Source of the DNA: an uncultured Desulfosarcina sp. | Lineage (GTDB): Bacteria > Desulfobacterota > Desulfobacteria > Desulfobacterales > Desulfosarcinaceae | DNA: 64,000 bases | Direction: 5' to 3' | NCBI GenBank assembly: GCA_963674945.2 | Contig: CAXXWQ010000003.1 | Coordinates: forward strand, 2,176,001 to 2,240,000 | Shown: positions 28,556-36,980 of the stretch, in pieces | Layout of the letters: each line of letters opens with the position of its first letter | Position numbering within the stretch: position 1 is the first letter of the stretch | The notes under the pieces: generated by a model | Databases searched by the model: none | Seen by the model: only the letters and a program-made list of their open reading frames with translations | Told to the model about the DNA's origin: nothing | Program-made: the position numbers and the translations under genes

Positions 28556-29254
28556 TTACAGCAAAGTACTCTGAATACTAAAGGAGCCTTCTTTTGATCT
28601 GTATTCATCTTTTAACACTTCAAGAAACATTTCAGGTGATTCAAGCGCATCGTTAACAATGCCCAAATTTCTAAGCGATACATATAAAGCAGCAGAGTAT
28701 GCTTGGCAATTTATAGATTTTTTGGGATTAAATTCGATATCCGTAAACCCCTGATAGGAAATAATTTGATCAGCCAATTCTTCATTCTGATGCAATGCGT
28801 TAATATACAGCCAGTCATAAAAAAATGTTCTTGGTTTTAATGGAAATTCTTTGGAGAAAAACAAAAACTTTATTAGATTTCCGGATTCCTTAAGGCGCAT
28901 ATCCTTTTTGGCTTGAATAGAAGTTCCTTCTAATAAATCAATATAAGGTCCACCTTTATCAAATACCTTACTGCTTTGAAAAGCTGTTTCAACAGAGAAG
29001 GATTTTTGCTTTTTCTTTGTGGTTATCAATAAATTAAATGCGCTTAATTGAACGCCTATCTCAAATTCTGATTTGCTGGATATTTCAAGCACCGGGGATA
29101 TATTTAAAATGTTTAAGGCTTCATGAAGTGATGAAATTGATTTTTGCTTCTGGGATTTAGACATCCCAGGAAACCACTTAAACTCAATATACTTAACAAT
29201 AACTCCAGATGCGTCGGTCTTTGTTTTTGGAATGTAAACTGGACGTTTAGCCAT
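28556..29254 (-). CDS. DarT-associated NADAR-family antitoxin (DarG1-like)
   Basis: MAKRPVYIP, LEISSKS, LSAFNL, VETAFQSSKVF..GGPY, FYDWLYINAL, FTDIEFNPKKSINCQA; directly downstream of darT. Confidence 0.82.
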   Translation of the reverse strand: MAKRPVYIPKTKTDASGVIVKYIEFKWFPGMSKSQKQKSISSLHEALNILNISPVLEISSKSEFEIGVQLSAFNLLITTKKKQKSFSVETAFQSSKVFDKGGPYIDLLEGTSIQAKKDMRLKESGNLIKFLFFSKEFPLKPRTFFYDWLYINALHQNEELADQIISYQGFTDIEFNPKKSINCQAYSAALYVSLRNLGIVNDALESPEMFLEVLKDEYRSKEGSFSIQSTLL

Positions 29255-29273
29255 TATAAAACCTTATCATATA

Positions 29274-29936
29274 TCACGATTTATATAATCTGACATAATC
29301 GCGTGAACTAAAATAATTTTTGTTTAATATCGCTTTGATATTAGGATATTTAACTTTAAAATCACTCAGTAGTTTTTTATTTTCAAAAGCAATCCCTATT
29401 ATTTTATCTATAGGAATTATGTCGAAAACAAGTATCTCCGCCTGAGAATCAGTTGGATCAAAAGTTTTCAACTTTTTTTCAGTCCTTGTTTTTGGCTTAT
29501 TTTCAATGCCTAAAACTTCTATTAAAAAATCATCTTGTTCAAATTCTGCAAACATACTCTTAAAAGCGGATAGGGATTTCAAATCATCTTTTTGAATGCA
29601 TGACATTCTTGAATCCGCTGCATTATATTTGCAAAAAGCACATTCATATTCCCATAAAACACTCGAATGAATTGCCAGAACAGCCCATCCATCCGCTTTA
29701 GAGTTTATTCTATATCTGTAAAACATCTTGTAATTTGGAAATGCTATTGATAGAGAAACTGAATCCTGATGACCGTCCAGTCGTAATTCATCATTTATTG
29801 AAACTTCAAACGGCAAATCCTCGATCAGTATTTTTGGCAAAAGGCCATATTGGATTATACCCTCAATGTTTTCCCACCGAGTGAAATGAACAAGGTAAGG
29901 AATTTTTATTTCTTCTGAAAACTCTTTAATGCTCAT
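29274..29936 (-). CDS. darT: DarT-family DNA ADP-ribosyltransferase toxin (DUF4433)
   Basis: LVHFTR.EN...I..GLL, NDELRLDG, SLSIAFPNYKMFY, NAA, PTDSQAEILV. Confidence 0.85.
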   Translation of the reverse strand: MSIKEFSEEIKIPYLVHFTRWENIEGIIQYGLLPKILIEDLPFEVSINDELRLDGHQDSVSLSIAFPNYKMFYRYRINSKADGWAVLAIHSSVLWEYECAFCKYNAADSRMSCIQKDDLKSLSAFKSMFAEFEQDDFLIEVLGIENKPKTRTEKKLKTFDPTDSQAEILVFDIIPIDKIIGIAFENKKLLSDFKVKYPNIKAILNKNYFSSRDYVRLYKS

Positions 29937-29952
29937 ACCTCATTCTTCCATC

Positions 29953-29970
29953 ACCTAACCTAGTTTCGAC
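29953..29970 (-). other. attI site (core GTTAGGT preceded by GAAACTAG)
   Basis: Minus strand GTCGAAACTAG-GTTAGGT, between intI and the first cassette; no attC-type hairpin. Confidence 0.85.
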
Positions 29971-30088
29971 TGCCGAATAGACGCATTATTTTACGTCTAA
30001 TTGGAGGCCTAAATGATATTATTGGTCTCATCAGGCCAATAATATCCTGAATTTCGATTGTTATTGGCCTAAATCGTCCAATAACAAG

Positions 30089-30133
30089 TTGACAATTATT
30101 TTACGATCTCGTAGTATGTGAACAAACGTTCAT
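30089..30133 (+). promoter_or_regulatory. Pint (TTGACA-17-TAGTAT) followed by palindrome TGAAC-AAAC-GTTCA (candidate LexA box)
   Basis: -35 at 30089-30094, -10 at 30112-30117, GAAC-N4-GTTC at 30120-30131. Confidence 0.7.
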
Positions 30134-30182
30134 GTAGCATGGAACGAAAACGGCGGAAAGGATTGATTTTTTCCCCTCTATT

Positions 30183-30211
30183 CGTTTAGCGACAGATGGA
30201 CGTTATGTCAA
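30183..30211 (-). promoter_or_regulatory. Candidate Pc cassette promoter TTGACA-17-TAAACG
   Basis: Minus strand TTGACATAACGTCCATCTGTCGCTAAACG, pointing at attI. Confidence 0.6.
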
Positions 30212-30226
30212 TGAAATAAATAGTTT

Positions 30227-31282
30227 TTGAAAGTTCCAACGATGGAGAGTGTTATGTTTACCAACACCGATTTACCCGATGGGCCTATGGGCGCAACAAA
30301 TGGAAAACAAACTACGAACAATCCACGTTTGCTCGATCGTGTACGAAACGTAATACGCTGTAAACACTATAGTATTCGCACAGAGCACAGCTACATCGAG
30401 TGGATCAAACGTTACATTTTTTTTCACGACAAACAGCACCCGGAAAATTTGAACGAAACGCACATCAGCGCATTTCTAACTCATCTGGCCGTCGAAAAAA
30501 AGGTTGCCAGTTCGACCCAAAATCAGGCGCTTTGTGCGCTTGTGTTCCTGTATCGCCAAGTACTGAACAAGGAGATGGGTGATTTCGAAAACCTTATTCG
30601 CGCCAAACGCCCTGCGAAATTGCCCGTCGTATTCACCCGGGATGAAGTCAGGAAGGTGTTGCTCCAGTTGGATGGGGTAAATTGGCTGATGGGTCAGATT
30701 CTTTACGGGGCTGGGCTCCGCGTCATGGAATGCGTTCGGTTGCGGGTGAAGGATATCGATTTCGGATACCGTCAAATTATCGTGCGTAACGGCAAGGGGA
30801 ATAAGGACAGGATTACGATGCTGCCGGATATTATTTCAGAGCAACTCCAACGTCACATGCAAAAAATCAAGATCATTCACGAAACTGACCTGAAAGCGGG
30901 TTTCGGATCGGTCTATCTTCCCTTTGCCTTGGAAAGAAAATACAAAAATGCCGACCGGAATTGGTCGTGGCAATATGTTTTCCCGGCTTCCCGTCGCTCA
31001 ATCGATCCTCGGTCTGGCGCTGAACGTCGTCATCATATCTCAGAATCCGTTCCCCAGCGTGCCATCAAAAAGGCCATCCGAAAAAGCGGAATCAGTAAGG
31101 CGGGAAGTTGTCACTCCCTTCGCCACAGCTTTGCGACACATCTTCTCGAATCGGGCTACGATATCAGAACGGTGCAGGATCTGTTGGGCCACAAGGACGT
31201 GTCCACCACCATGATCTACACCCATGTTCTCAACAGGGGAGGAAAGGGGGTGCAGAGCCCGGGGGATACATTATTTGCGTAG
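30227..31282 (+). CDS. intI: Integron integrase (probable start ATG 30254)
   Basis: [33 protein letters not shown], integron-specific [39 protein letters not shown]. Confidence 0.98.
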   Translation: MKVPTMESVMFTNTDLPDGPMGATNGKQTTNNPRLLDRVRNVIRCKHYSIRTEHSYIEWIKRYIFFHDKQHPENLNETHISAFLTHLAVEKKVASSTQNQALCALVFLYRQVLNKEMGDFENLIRAKRPAKLPVVFTRDEVRKVLLQLDGVNWLMGQILYGAGLRVMECVRLRVKDIDFGYRQIIVRNGKGNKDRITMLPDIISEQLQRHMQKIKIIHETDLKAGFGSVYLPFALERKYKNADRNWSWQYVFPASRRSIDPRSGAERRHHISESVPQRAIKKAIRKSGISKAGSCHSLRHSFATHLLESGYDIRTVQDLLGHKDVSTTMIYTHVLNRGGKGVQSPGDTLFA

Positions 31283-31355
31283 TTTTATTGGGGTAAAAAA
31301 CAGATAGTCCTTCAGACGAGATAAGAGTTCATTGGCTCTTTCGTATAATTGCTAT

Positions 31356-31538
31356 AAGAATCCAGGAGTCAGAATTCAGAATCAGGTGTTCGCCTTCGGC
31401 TCGATCCATTTTGTCCAATCGACGGAGCGAAGCGACAACATCGCACTTCTCGTATGAAACTATACCAAAATGGGATAGTTTCAGTCAAAGTTCAAACCGA
31501 CCAAAGGTCGGCGGCGGCGCTGACTTCTGACTCCTGTG
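31356..31538. repeat. Intergenic repeat family A (heptamer-rich CAGGAGT/CAGAATT ends), copy 1
   Basis: ~80 bp near-identical to the 32726 copy, plus a shared CTTCTGACTCCTGTG end. Confidence 0.8.
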
Positions 31539-31624
31539 ATCTTTATGTGATCACAATACGGTACGATACATATGAATGTAGGCGCAACATTACATAGAAT
31601 TCTTTTTGAGCAAAAGGATATGTC

Positions 31625-32248
31625 ATGACCTCAGACCTCACTCCCCGCCAGCAGAGCGTGCTTGCCTATGTCATCGAACACCAGCGGCGGCATCTCATGG
31701 CGCCGACAGTGCGGGAGATCGCCGCCCATCTGGGGCTCAGTTCTCCGGCCGGCGTTCACCGTCTTCTCAATGTGCTCACGGACAAAGGGTACCTGAAGTC
31801 GGAACCGGGAAAGAAGCGGTCCTGGCGGTATAGGGAGGAGGTGGCCGCAGATCGCATCCCCATGATCGGCGATATTGCCGCAGGAAAACCCATGGAGGCA
31901 GTCGAATCGTTCGGCGATGCGCTTCCGGTATCACCCGGACTGTTCGGCTGTGAAAGCTGCTTCTGCCTGCGGATCCGCGGCGACTCCATGGTCGATGCCC
32001 ATATCCTGGATGGGGACATGGCCATCATCCGCCCGCAGCCCAATGTGGAAAATGGGGAGATTGCCGCCGTAATCGTTGCGGACATGCTGACCGAGGCGAC
32101 ATTGAAACGCGTGCACAGGGACCGGTATTCCATTACCCTGGCGCCGGAAAATCGTTCCCATTCGCCCCTCATCATCAAAGGCCCAAAACGGGCGAACGTG
32201 AAGATTATCGGAAAGCTGGTGGGCATCATACGCCGGGAGAGAACATGA
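31625..32248 (+). CDS. lexA: LexA-family repressor
   Basis: LTPRQ, PTVREI, IAAG cleavage site, GDSM, EATLKR. Confidence 0.93.
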   Translation: MTSDLTPRQQSVLAYVIEHQRRHLMAPTVREIAAHLGLSSPAGVHRLLNVLTDKGYLKSEPGKKRSWRYREEVAADRIPMIGDIAAGKPMEAVESFGDALPVSPGLFGCESCFCLRIRGDSMVDAHILDGDMAIIRPQPNVENGEIAAVIVADMLTEATLKRVHRDRYSITLAPENRSHSPLIIKGPKRANVKIIGKLVGIIRRERT

Positions 32249-32652
32249 AGGAAATCGTCCAGGTCACCGCGGCCGTACTGGAAAAAGACGGCAAATATTT
32301 TATCGCCCAACGCAAACTATTTCTGGACGGACGCAAACGGGAAGATCCCCTCTCGGGAAAGTGGGAGTTTCCCGGCGGAAAGATCGAACCCGGAGAAACG
32401 CCGGAAGAATGCCTGGCACGAGAACTCAAGGAGGAGTTGGGCATCGAGGTGACCGTGCACGAGTACCTGGGCTCTACTGTTCACCATTACGATCACATCT
32501 CCATCGAACTGATGGCCTACCGGGCCACCTGGGTCGGCGGAGCCATCACCGTGAAGGATCACCACGACTATCGATGGGTGTCGGCCGATGAACTGGACCG
32601 GTTTGAATTCTTGCCGGCGGATATCCCGTTCGTTGAGATGCTGAAAAGTTAA
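32245..32652 (+). CDS. MutT/NudG-like NUDIX hydrolase
   Basis: WEFPGGKIEPGETPEECLARELKEELG; ATGA-coupled to lexA. Confidence 0.92.
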   Translation: MKEIVQVTAAVLEKDGKYFIAQRKLFLDGRKREDPLSGKWEFPGGKIEPGETPEECLARELKEELGIEVTVHEYLGSTVHHYDHISIELMAYRATWVGGAITVKDHHDYRWVSADELDRFEFLPADIPFVEMLKS

Positions 32653-32725
32653 CCTTTTTTTCGGTTAAAAAACAAGTCCTCTTTGGCTTGCTATAAGATG
32701 ATTGGCGCTACTGCTGGATTGTTAC

Positions 32726-32858
32726 AAGAATTCAGGAGCCAGGAGTCAGAATTCAGAATCAGGTATTCGCCTTCGGCTCGATCCATATTATCCAATCGAC
32801 GGAGCGAAGCGACATCAGATTCATTCTGGCTCCTGAATTCTGTCTTCTGACTCCTGTG
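32726..32858. repeat. Intergenic repeat family A, copy 2 (inverted heptamer arms)
   Basis: CAGGAGCCAGGAGTCAGAATTCAGAAT...ATTCTGGCTCCTGAATTCTGTCTTCTGACTCCTG. Confidence 0.8.
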
Positions 32859-32935
32859 TTTCGATGAGATGCAAGTGTTTTCCCCTGCCAGTTCATAAGG
32901 AAAGTAGCTGAAAACCAATAAAATGAGGTCTTACC

Positions 32936-33943
32936 ATGAAAAAGCCGGAGAAAAACCAAGGCCGGGTCATCGTTCTGGCAACCGGGGGAACCATTGCCGG
33001 AACCGCCGAAACGAAAACCCGTTCCGGATACGTTTCCGGCATGATGACCGTGGATGAAATGATCGACGCCGTTCCCGACATTCGAGAGCTGTCACCGATA
33101 AAAGGGGAGCAGATCGCCAACGTCGGCTCCCAGGACATGACATTTGCGATCATGATCACCCTGGCCAACCGGATCAATCATCACCTGAAAGACGACGCCG
33201 TAAAAGGGGTGGTGGTCACCCACGGCACCGACACCATGGAGGAGACGGCCTATTTTCTCAACCTTACCGTACACAGCGACAAGCCGGTGGTACTCACCGG
33301 CGCCATGCGACCGGCCACGGCGTTGAGTGCCGACGGACCGCTTAACCTGTACAATGCCGTTGCCGTCGCCGCGGACACCAAAGCCAAGGGGCGCGGCGTC
33401 CTGGTGGTGATGAACGACCGGATTCACGGCGCCCACTCCTTGAGCAAGACCAACACGACCGCAGTGGAGACGTTTCTCTCACCCGTGAGCGGACTTATCG
33501 GCACCGTGAACTACGGGGAGATGGAGTATTTCAGGCGACCGTTTCGCCGCCATACCCGAAAAAGCGATTTTTCCGTGGCCGGCTTGACCACCTTGCCGCG
33601 GGTGGATATTCTCTATGCATGTGCGGATATGCCGGCCGATCTGATCGACTGCTCCGTTTCCCGTGGGGCCCGGGGGATCGTCATCGCCGGAGACGGCAAC
33701 GGCAACATGAACCAGTCGACCATACAACGCGCCTTGTGGGCCGTCCAGCAGGGCGTGATTGTCGTCCGCAGTTCCCGGGTGCCAACGGGAAGGGTCGGCC
33801 GAAACGTGGAGATCGATGACGATGGCATGGGGTTCGTCGCATCGGACGAACTCAACCCTGCCAAGGCCCGCATCCTGTTGATGCTGGCTCTTGTGAAGGA
33901 GCGCAGCATAGATGAGATCCAGCAGTTGTTTTTCGAATATTGA
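32936..33943 (+). CDS. L-asparaginase (type II-like, no signal peptide)
   Basis: ATGGTIAG, THGTDTMEET, GAMRP, SADGPLNL, LNPAKAR. Confidence 0.95.
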   Translation: MKKPEKNQGRVIVLATGGTIAGTAETKTRSGYVSGMMTVDEMIDAVPDIRELSPIKGEQIANVGSQDMTFAIMITLANRINHHLKDDAVKGVVVTHGTDTMEETAYFLNLTVHSDKPVVLTGAMRPATALSADGPLNLYNAVAVAADTKAKGRGVLVVMNDRIHGAHSLSKTNTTAVETFLSPVSGLIGTVNYGEMEYFRRPFRRHTRKSDFSVAGLTTLPRVDILYACADMPADLIDCSVSRGARGIVIAGDGNGNMNQSTIQRALWAVQQGVIVVRSSRVPTGRVGRNVEIDDDGMGFVASDELNPAKARILLMLALVKERSIDEIQQLFFEY

Positions 33944-34075
33944 CGGCTCCGTATAAAGGCCGATATCGGCGTTACGCTTCATCCTTCGTCACTGTGGCGT
34001 ATCCAACCATACGCCTCGTTCCTCGTGTCTCGCAAGCCTTGCTCTCGAACTTCTAAGGAACCCGTCCATTAATCG
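33941..34075. repeat. Intergenic repeat family B (MITE/REP-like), copy 1
   Basis: TGACGG...CCGATATCGGCGTTACGCTTC...TACGCCTC...GCAAGCCTTG shared with 46396 and 47427. Confidence 0.85.
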
Positions 34076-34309
34076 AAGTAAAAAGTTTTTTTATAAAAAG
34101 CTTTCACCCCGCGTTAGACCATCGGCAAAATAACTGAGGAATGAGTTTTTTTCTCAATACTGATTGATCATCTTTGGCATGGAAAAGCTTTTTACGTTGC
34201 ATTTAGATCCGACGATGCGATAATGCAATACGTGGATAGTACCGATATTCGTGTTTTATCGAATCATTCATCAATGCTGTTGTTGATACGGGGTATAGTG
34301 AGGTTTGAA

Positions 34310-36379
34310 ATGAGATCAATTACGGTTTTCTTCTGGGTTGCCGTGTTGAGCTTCGGCCTTTGGATGCCATATCCTGCCAACCCGATCGCCCATGCTGCCG
34401 AAAGTGACAGCGCTGGCCCGGACGCCACCGATTTTACCAAATTTTCGTTGGAGGAGCTAAAAAATGTGGTGATCATCTCGGTTTCCAAAAAACCCGAGAT
34501 GGTATCGGACGTGGCGGCAGCGGTCTACGTGATCACCCAGGAGGAGATACGACGTTCCGGTGTCACGAGCATCCCCGAAGCACTGCGACTGGCGCCCGGT
34601 GTCCACGTGGCCCGTATCAGCGCAACGGACTGGGCCATTAACATCCGTGGACTGAACGGCCAGTTCGCCCAAAACCTGCTCGTGATGATCGATGGCAGAA
34701 AGGTTTACACACACGTTTTTTCGGGTGTTTTCTGGGATATTCAGGACACGGTGATCGAAGATATCGACCGCATCGAAGTGATCCGCGGGCCGGGTGCGGC
34801 ACTTTGGGGGTCCAACGCGGTAAACGGTGTGATCAACATCATCACCAAACCGGCGAAAAAGACGCTGGGGGGACAGGTCGCGGTTCTGGGCGGGAACGAG
34901 GAGCAGAGTGCAAGCTTTCGATACGGCGGCACCTTGAACAACGGCACGCAGTATCGCGGCTATGGAAAGGTCTTCAACCGGGGGGATCTCGAAGATGTCG
35001 ACCTGAAACTGGAAACCTCCCAGGCCGACGTCAACGATGCACAATCCACCGACAACTGGCGATCCGGCCGGGGTGGTTTCAGAGTCGATATGGAGCCGGG
35101 ATACGGCCTGCCGGTGGGGAATAAAAACTCCTTTACCGCACAAGGGGAGGCTTACACCAACAGCTATGACAAGGAATTTGAACGCCGTTCCATCATCTTT
35201 CCTTCAGCGGTTACCCACCAGGACGGCGAGAGCGATACCTCCAAGGCGACCGGTTGTCATCTGCTCGGTCGTTGGCAGCACAGCCTATCCGATGATTCCG
35301 ATACCATTTTGCAGGTTTACTACGACTTTACCCAGAAGGATTACGATCCGGGCAGCGGCGAGGTTCACACCACCGACCTGGATTTTCAACATCGGTTGCC
35401 CCTCGGCACACGAAACGAGGTGGTGTGGGGCCTGGAATACACCTTCATATCCGATGATTTCGACGACAGTGCCAGCGTACAGATGGATCCCTCCCTTCTG
35501 CGGCAAAACCTCTGGAGTGCCTTTGTCCAGGATGAGATGCAGGTCATCGAGGACCGGTTGAGTCTCATCGCAGGGTCCAAGTTCGAATACAATGAAGTTA
35601 CCGGTATGGAGATTCAGCCCAGTGTTCGCGGAATTTACGATCCCATCGAATGGTTTTCCGTCTGGGCGGCCATATCCCGTGCCGTGCGCGTACCCTCGCG
35701 CATCGAAATGGACGGCCGGACAATCGACGCCATCGCCTTGCCTTCGGATCCGGAAACGCAGGTGGCGGTGGTGACCCAGGGCAACGACGACCTCGATGCC
35801 GAATATCTGACCGCCTACGAACTGGGCTTCCGATGGATGCCCAAACCATACCTTTGGCTGGATACCACTTTGTTCTTTAACGACTATCAGGACCTGATCG
35901 GCCTGGAATTGATCGACATTGATGCGGGCACCGGTCGCTATCTGCTCGGTTATGCCAACAACCAGGCCGGGGAGGCTTACGGACTGGAGATGGTGGCGGA
36001 TTGGAAGGCCACCGCGAACTGGCTGCTGGGCGCCTCCTACTCGTATTTGCATACCCAGATCGACGAGAACATGATCTCGGACCCCGACATCGACAGGCTG
36101 CTCTCACAGGACAGCAATCCACGCCATCTGTTTTCCATCCGATCCAATCTGGATGTCACGCCGAAGATCGACTTCGATCTGTGGTTTCGATTCGTGGGCA
36201 GTCTTCCCGAAAGGAATATTTCGAGCTATACGGTGCTGGATGCACGACTCGCCTGGCGGCCCCTTACCAGCCTTGAACTCTCCGTGGTCGGGCAAAACCT
36301 CTTGGAAGAGGGGCATTCGGAATTCTCAACGTTGGAAGTCGAACGCAGTATTTATTTTAAACTCGATTGGAAATTTTAA
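34310..36379 (+). CDS. TonB-dependent receptor
   Basis: Plug motifs SIPEALRLAPG, LLVMIDGR, IDRIEVIRGPGAALWGSNAVNGVINIITK; ends LDWKF. Confidence 0.95.
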   Translation: MRSITVFFWVAVLSFGLWMPYPANPIAHAAESDSAGPDATDFTKFSLEELKNVVIISVSKKPEMVSDVAAAVYVITQEEIRRSGVTSIPEALRLAPGVHVARISATDWAINIRGLNGQFAQNLLVMIDGRKVYTHVFSGVFWDIQDTVIEDIDRIEVIRGPGAALWGSNAVNGVINIITKPAKKTLGGQVAVLGGNEEQSASFRYGGTLNNGTQYRGYGKVFNRGDLEDVDLKLETSQADVNDAQSTDNWRSGRGGFRVDMEPGYGLPVGNKNSFTAQGEAYTNSYDKEFERRSIIFPSAVTHQDGESDTSKATGCHLLGRWQHSLSDDSDTILQVYYDFTQKDYDPGSGEVHTTDLDFQHRLPLGTRNEVVWGLEYTFISDDFDDSASVQMDPSLLRQNLWSAFVQDEMQVIEDRLSLIAGSKFEYNEVTGMEIQPSVRGIYDPIEWFSVWAAISRAVRVPSRIEMDGRTIDAIALPSDPETQVAVVTQGNDDLDAEYLTAYELGFRWMPKPYLWLDTTLFFNDYQDLIGLELIDIDAGTGRYLLGYANNQAGEAYGLEMVADWKATANWLLGASYSYLHTQIDENMISDPDIDRLLSQDSNPRHLFSIRSNLDVTPKIDFDLWFRFVGSLPERNISSYTVLDARLAWRPLTSLELSVVGQNLLEEGHSEFSTLEVERSIYFKLDWKF

Positions 36380-36391
36380 TCCCTGCGATTT

Positions 36392-36979
36392 ATGGATATC
36401 CCTATCATACCCAATAGATGGGCCGATTTGTGCACAAGCCGGATGATTGTCATCTGTCTGCTCGGCATCTTGTTATTGTCGCCGGCGACTGCGGCCGGTG
36501 AGACGATCATGGGACAGGAGTACGACGTCAAGATCGGTTTTATTTACAATTTCATCAATTTCGTGACCTGGCCCAAGGGGGTTTTTTCCGAAGACTCGGA
36601 ACCGCTGATCCTCTGTCTCGTGTCGGATAACCAGGAGAGCGAAACGATCTTCAAATTGGACAAAACACCCATCAAGGGACGAACCATCAAGGTGGTTTCC
36701 TATCAGGAAGGGGGGTGCGTAACCCGAAGCCATGTCATCTTCTTCGCCACACAGAACAAGAGTGTCATCCGGTCGACACTGAATCAATCCAAGGGGCTGA
36801 GCATTTTGACCATCGGTGAAGTCGACGGTTTTACCGGCATGGGAGGCATCATCAATTTTTTTGAGGAGAGCAATCGCCTCCGATTTGAAGTCAACATGGA
36901 AGCCGTCCGTATCGAAGGATTGAAAATGAGTGCGCAACTGCTCGGATCCGCCCAGATCGTTAAACAGGAGTCCGAGTAA
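36392..36979 (+). CDS. YfiR-family periplasmic protein
   Basis: EYDVKIGFIYNFINFVTWP, GGIINF, RLRFEVN, GLKMSAQLL. Confidence 0.9.
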   Translation: MDIPIIPNRWADLCTSRMIVICLLGILLLSPATAAGETIMGQEYDVKIGFIYNFINFVTWPKGVFSEDSEPLILCLVSDNQESETIFKLDKTPIKGRTIKVVSYQEGGCVTRSHVIFFATQNKSVIRSTLNQSKGLSILTIGEVDGFTGMGGIINFFEESNRLRFEVNMEAVRIEGLKMSAQLLGSAQIVKQESE

Positions 36980-36980
36980 C

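Larger units (their letters stand above)
1..31282 (-). mobile_element. Chromosomal integron: intI, attI and an array of ~20 gene cassettes on the minus strand, continuing beyond the left edge
   Basis: IntI with integron-specific insertion, an attI-like site, and repeated RYYYAAC...GTTRRRY hairpins separating AT-rich ORFs. In most cassettes the 5' core site is complementary to its own R'' box. Confidence 0.96.
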
